Of a DNA stretch of 64,000 bases, positions 59,834 through 64,000 are shown piece by piece. The stretch spans positions 21,082-85,081 of the forward strand of contig CANRPU010000013.1 of assembly GCA_947632555.1 (NCBI GenBank). Reading direction: 5' to 3'. The first letter of the stretch is position 1. Each line of letters opens with the position of its first letter. The notes under the pieces are model-generated. The model did no database searches, was not told where the DNA came from, and saw only the letters and a program-made list of their open reading frames with translations. Source of the DNA: an uncultured Lachnospiraceae bacterium (GTDB lineage: Bacteria; Bacillota; Clostridia; Lachnospirales; Lachnospiraceae). The position numbers were made by a program, and so were the translations under genes.

Positions 59834-60757
59834 TCAATCCCGATGCCTTCCCTTTCTTCCTTCGTTTCCTTTTCCCTGCTCCCTGGCAAGGATATAGATC
59901 CTTTCGCTGGTTTCCGTCACGGCTTCCCGCGTATCCGCGTCCAGCATCAGTTCCACCTTCATGCCGCTCTCCCGCACCAGACGCGCCATCTGCTCCGCCG
60001 TATAGCCTCTCTGATAGTGGGTTTCCGTAAATCTGCGGTAGTACTGCTCCTTTTCCCGTACAAAAACCGTCACGTCATATTCATTGATCTCTTCCCGGGA
60101 ATGATAATAATTTTCCCAGATAAAGCTGCATTCATCCCTGTTTTCCGCGATGGTGGCGTCACCGATGACCTCCGCGTATTTGTAGACCGTATTAAAATCA
60201 AAGATAAAGATACCGCCGGGAAAAAGATAGTTGTTTACCAGGGCGAACACCTTCCGCAGCTCGTCCTCTTCCAGAATGTAATTCAGCGCGTCACAGACGC
60301 AGAACACGGTGCCCACCGTTCCGTAAAGGGAAAGCTCCCTCATATCCTGCCGCAGATAGAGGGTTCCGCTTCCGGAATGTTCCGCCTTTTCCAGCGCTTT
60401 CCGCAGCATATCCTCCGAAACATCCACGCCTATCATATCATAGCCGGCCCCCGCGAACATCTCCGTGAGCGTACCGGTCCCGCAGCCCAGATCCAGCACG
60501 AGGTTGCGCTCCGTTTCCAGATTCCCCAGCGCTTCGGGATCTTCCCCGGCTTCGGGATTTCCCCCTGCTTCCGGGTTTCCCCCGGCTTCGGGATTTTCCC
60601 GCGCTTCGGGATCTTCTCCTGCTTCCGGTTTTGCTTTGACGGGTTTTGAGATCCCGTATTCTTCTATGAGCTTTTTCAGAAAGTCGAACCACTCCTCATA
60701 GGGAGTATCGTCCATAAAGGTATCGTAGACATCGGCAAAATCCGTATATGCTTCCAA
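59834..60757 (-). CDS. Class I SAM-dependent methyltransferase with a repeat insertion
   Basis: Motifs VLDLGCGTG, GVDVSEDML and CDALNY. Confidence 0.88.
   Translation of the reverse strand: MEAYTDFADVYDTFMDDTPYEEWFDFLKKLIEEYGISKPVKAKPEAGEDPEARENPEAGGNPEAGGNPEAGEDPEALGNLETERNLVLDLGCGTGTLTEMFAGAGYDMIGVDVSEDMLRKALEKAEHSGSGTLYLRQDMRELSLYGTVGTVFCVCDALNYILEEDELRKVFALVNNYLFPGGIFIFDFNTVYKYAEVIGDATIAENRDECSFIWENYYHSREEINEYDVTVFVREKEQYYRRFTETHYQRGYTAEQMARLVRESGMKVELMLDADTREAVTETSERIYILAREQGKGNEGRKGRHRD
60521..60628. repeat. 18-bp coding tandem repeat, 6 degenerate units
   Basis: Encodes PEAGED-PEAREN-PEAGGN-PEAGGN-PEAGED-PEALGN. Confidence 0.9.
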
Positions 60758-60760
60758 TGC

Positions 60761-61618
60761 TCATTCTCCCAGTTTCCATGCCATGAAAAAGCCCAGAGGC
60801 AGCGTTACTACTCCGGCAACGGCCGCGGGCACGGTTGTCTGCGCGAAACTTCCCAGGTTCATCAGCACAATGGCCACCGGCGATGCCAGGATCAGGCCTA
60901 TGATCGCCCAGAACGCGTAAAGGGGAAATTTCGCGAAAATGATCTCGATCAGCTTGGCTATGGCAAAAATACCTGCCACCACCCCGATGCCGAAGGGCAC
61001 CAGCACGCCGCATCCCTGCAGGATGCCGTCCACATCCAGAGAAGTCAGCGCCCTGATAAACGCGTTGATATTCTCGATAATGGGGTGATAGTATCCCAAA
61101 AGCAGCAGGATCATGGATCCGCTGACGCCGGGAACGACCATGGTGGCGGAAGCGATCACGCCCACCAGGAAAAGCAGGATCACATTCAGAAAGGAAAAAC
61201 GCAGATCCACCTGCGCGCCTTCTCTTTCTCCCACTGCCGCCAGCGCGGTCACCATCCCGAAGAACGCCAGAAACGCCACGATATGTCCTGCCCGGATCCG
61301 GCTGCCCTTTACTTTTTTATACATGGCAGGCAGGCCGCCCAGGATCAGCCCCACAAAAAGCAGATTGACCGGTACGGGATAATGATCAAAAAGATATTCC
61401 AGTCCAAAGGAACTGGCGATCAGCGCCACGCCCGCTCCGATCACGATGGGGATCAGAAATCCCACACTCTTTTTAAACTCCTGAAACAGATGGGTGATAC
61501 AATGGATCAGCCTGTCGTAGATCCCCATGGAAACTGCCATGGTCCCGCCGCTGACGCCGGGAATGATATTGGCCAGTCCGATCACCGCGCCTTTACAGAT
61601 ACTTTTTAAAAATTCCAT
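60761..61618 (-). CDS. DUF368-family membrane protein
   Basis: Duplicated IPGVSGG / VPGVSGS motifs. Start set at MEFLKS. Confidence 0.85.
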   Translation of the reverse strand: MEFLKSICKGAVIGLANIIPGVSGGTMAVSMGIYDRLIHCITHLFQEFKKSVGFLIPIVIGAGVALIASSFGLEYLFDHYPVPVNLLFVGLILGGLPAMYKKVKGSRIRAGHIVAFLAFFGMVTALAAVGEREGAQVDLRFSFLNVILLFLVGVIASATMVVPGVSGSMILLLLGYYHPIIENINAFIRALTSLDVDGILQGCGVLVPFGIGVVAGIFAIAKLIEIIFAKFPLYAFWAIIGLILASPVAIVLMNLGSFAQTTVPAAVAGVVTLPLGFFMAWKLGE

Positions 61619-61713
61619 GATTTGTCCTCCGGTTATATACTGTGATATACTGCGCTGAATACGCTGTCCCGCCACTGTCCCGCGTTTGCCGTATTCCGCG
61701 GTTTTCCATATTA

Positions 61714-62775
61714 TTATCCACAGGAAGCCAGGATCTCCCTCAGAGCCTCCAGCAGCCTGTCCATCTGTTCCTCCGTTCCTATGGTGATCCTGATGTGATC
61801 CGCGATACGCGGCTTTTCCCAATGTCTGACAAAAATACCTCTTTCCTTCAGTTCCGCAAAAAGCCGGGCCCCCGGTACGCGCTTATGAGCGGCAAAGATA
61901 AAATTGGCCCGGGAATCCATAAAAGTAAAATCCAGTTTTAACAGCTCTTTTTTAATTCTTTCACGGGTTTCCACGATCCTGGCATTACAATTTTTAAAAT
62001 AGGCATCGTCTTTTACCGCTTCCACGCCCAGAGCCAGCGCCGTCCTGTTCATGGTATATGAGTTAAATGAAAATTTAACATTTTTCAGATATGTGATCAG
62101 CTTCTCTCCGCCCATGGCAAAGCCGATACGCATACCTGCCAGGGAGCGGGATTTGGAAAAGGTCTGCACCACCAGCAGATTATCGTATTTTTCCAGAAGA
62201 GGCAGGCAGCTCACCCCGCCGAAGTCAATATACGCTTCGTCCACGATGACCACCACGCCGGGATTGGCGCGCAGGATCTCTTCCACTTTCTCCAAAGGCT
62301 CCAGGATGCCGGTGGGCGCATTGGGATTGGGAAAGATGATACCGCCGTTTTCCTGCAGGTAATCCTCCGTCCTCAGCCTGAAATCCCCGTCCAGCGGACA
62401 TTCCCGGTACGGTATCTGAAAAAGCCCGGCCCATACATCGTAAAAGGAGTATGTGATGTCCGGGAACAAGATAGGCCTGCCCGAGTGAAAAAAGGTCAGG
62501 AACGCCATCGCCAGCACATCGTCGGAGCCTACTCCCACAAAGATCTGGGCGGGCCGCAGCCCATAATACTTCGCCAGCGTTTCTGTCAGTTCCCGCGCAT
62601 CCGGATCGGGATAGAGCCGCAGGGAATCGCTGTCCATCTCCCGCAGCAGCTTTTCCACGCCCGGCGCCGGGGGATAAGGATTTTCGTTGGTATTCAGCTT
62701 TATGATCCCCTTGCCCTGAGGCTGTTCGCCCGGCGTATAAGGCACCGCGCGCCTGATATTATCTTCCCAGTTCAT
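61714..62775 (-). CDS. hisC: Histidinol-phosphate aminotransferase
   Basis: Motifs KLNTNENPY, NPNAPTG, VDEAY and TFSKSRSLAGMRIG. Confidence 0.93.
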   Translation of the reverse strand: MNWEDNIRRAVPYTPGEQPQGKGIIKLNTNENPYPPAPGVEKLLREMDSDSLRLYPDPDARELTETLAKYYGLRPAQIFVGVGSDDVLAMAFLTFFHSGRPILFPDITYSFYDVWAGLFQIPYRECPLDGDFRLRTEDYLQENGGIIFPNPNAPTGILEPLEKVEEILRANPGVVVIVDEAYIDFGGVSCLPLLEKYDNLLVVQTFSKSRSLAGMRIGFAMGGEKLITYLKNVKFSFNSYTMNRTALALGVEAVKDDAYFKNCNARIVETRERIKKELLKLDFTFMDSRANFIFAAHKRVPGARLFAELKERGIFVRHWEKPRIADHIRITIGTEEQMDRLLEALREILASCG

Positions 62776-62884
62776 ATCCGCTTTCCCTTTCGTTTTCAGA
62801 TGCCCGGCCCGCCCGAAGCGGGCCGGGTACCCTAAATGTCAGTGTGAAACACGCTGTCACAAGCGCAGGATTATTTTACCATGC

Positions 62885-64000
62885 CTAAAGCACAAAGTCC
62901 ACACATTCTTCCAGCGGCTGGCGCAGTTTATAGTCTTCTCCCCGCACCACCAGATCCTTGCCCTCATGTTTTTTCACCAGGCCGCGCTTCAGCATCAGAC
63001 GATATCTGGGCATTCCGCGGGCTTCCAGGAGTTCCTCCGGCAGATACAGCTCCAGCTCCTGTTTTTTCTTTCTTAAGCGCAGAAAACCGATCCGCCTGTA
63101 TTCCTCTCCGCCGTTATAGCAGTAGAGCGCCGCGCTGTACAGCCAGGAGATCCTGCAGAGCATTCCCAGCCCCAGCAGGAAAAGTCCGCCGCCCGCAAGG
63201 GACCGCAGACGCGCCGCGGACCGTCTGGTATCGGACAGGGAATTGCCCGCGGTATTTTCAGCCAGAGCCTTCTCCGTTTCCGGAGCGGTATTTTTCAGCA
63301 TTTCCCCGCCTTCCTGCTTTTTGGCTCCCGATGCGGCATCCCTGGCATCCCCGGTGCCCGCGGCCCCTCCTGCGCCCGCAGTGCCCGCAATGCCGGCCGC
63401 TCCCGCCGCTCCCGCGCCGCCGTTCGCGGCCGTTTGCGCCGTCCGCGCTTCCGGGCGGATTTCCTCTTTCTTCTGAGCGGCGTTACTTTCCCGGGCCGCG
63501 TCTTCTTCCTTTCCGCCGTCCTTCCGCTGGTTTTCCGTATCTGTTTTTGTTTCTGTTTTTGTTTCTGTTTTCGCGTCTGTCTTCGCTTCTCCGCTCTTTC
63601 CACTCTTTCCCGTATCCTGCCGGGATGCGGATTCGGATCTGCACTGCTGTTCTCCCGCGTCCGGCTCCGTGTTCTTCCACTCGTCACCGCTTTCCGTCCC
63701 CGTCCCAAAACTGCCCGTGGGAGAACCGGCCTGTCCGGTCCCGCCTGCCGGTCCTGAAGGTGCCGCGGTGCCGGAGCCCGCCTTGTCCGCCGGCGCGGAA
63801 ACGGAAGGAACAGAAGGCTGGGGCTGCTCGGAAGGCGTAGGGGAAGGAGAAGGTTCCGGCGGATAAGGATAGTCACCGCGTTTTAAGGTCCTGGAGGCCG
63901 TATTTCCCGCCTTATCCCGCACAACCAGCTGTACCTCTTTTCCTTCTTCCAGATAACAGACCGCCGCGGCGCCCCAGCTCTGTCCCTCGTCAAAGGAATA
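62885..64000 (-). CDS. 3' part of a large membrane-anchored surface protein (runs off the window)
   Basis: The frame stays open to base 64000 (YSFDEGQSW...VRDKAGN, an Ig-like repeat end). A low-complexity linker, one TM helix and a basic cytoplasmic tail follow. Confidence 0.75.
   Translation of the reverse strand, partial: YSFDEGQSWGAAAVCYLEEGKEVQLVVRDKAGNTASRTLKRGDYPYPPEPSPSPTPSEQPQPSVPSVSAPADKAGSGTAAPSGPAGGTGQAGSPTGSFGTGTESGDEWKNTEPDAGEQQCRSESASRQDTGKSGKSGEAKTDAKTETKTETKTDTENQRKDGGKEEDAARESNAAQKKEEIRPEARTAQTAANGGAGAAGAAGIAGTAGAGGAAGTGDARDAASGAKKQEGGEMLKNTAPETEKALAENTAGNSLSDTRRSAARLRSLAGGGLFLLGLGMLCRISWLYSAALYCYNGGEEYRRIGFLRLRKKKQELELYLPEELLEARGMPRYRLMLKRGLVKKHEGKDLVVRGEDYKLRQPLEECVDFVL

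Noticed and set aside
60521-60628. CRISPR array
   Set aside because: The units are contiguous, degenerate, in frame and have no spacers. No cas genes are present.

Overview
A 64 kb chromosomal segment from a GC-rich, Lachnospiraceae-like (Clostridia) bacterium; the taxon is inferred from gene content and protein style. Most genes are on the minus strand. Housekeeping genes: prfB (programmed +1 frameshift), secA, guaB, ptb-buk, aspS-gatCAB under an Asn-specifier T-box, glnA-ANTAR-dapF, nadE, hslO and hisC. Carbohydrate genes: a LacI-controlled pectin/galacturonate locus (CE8, GH28, degenerate GH105, uxaABC), GH31, GH36, pmi and an aldose epimerase. The most unusual part is the accessory region at about 41.2-52.6 kb. 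It holds two tandem MacB/FtsX-type permease paralogues that alternate nucleotide-identical blocks (about 1.0 kb and 0.48 kb) with strongly divergent extracytoplasmic segments. It also holds a small secreted protein gene between them, two copies of a promoter carrying the same 24-bp activator-like box, one shared ATPase, a large lipoprotein gene, and an IS110 element with a long 5' non-coding end (candidate bridge RNA). No rRNA, tRNA, CRISPR array or prophage was seen. All homology calls come from motif recognition by eye; no database search was run.
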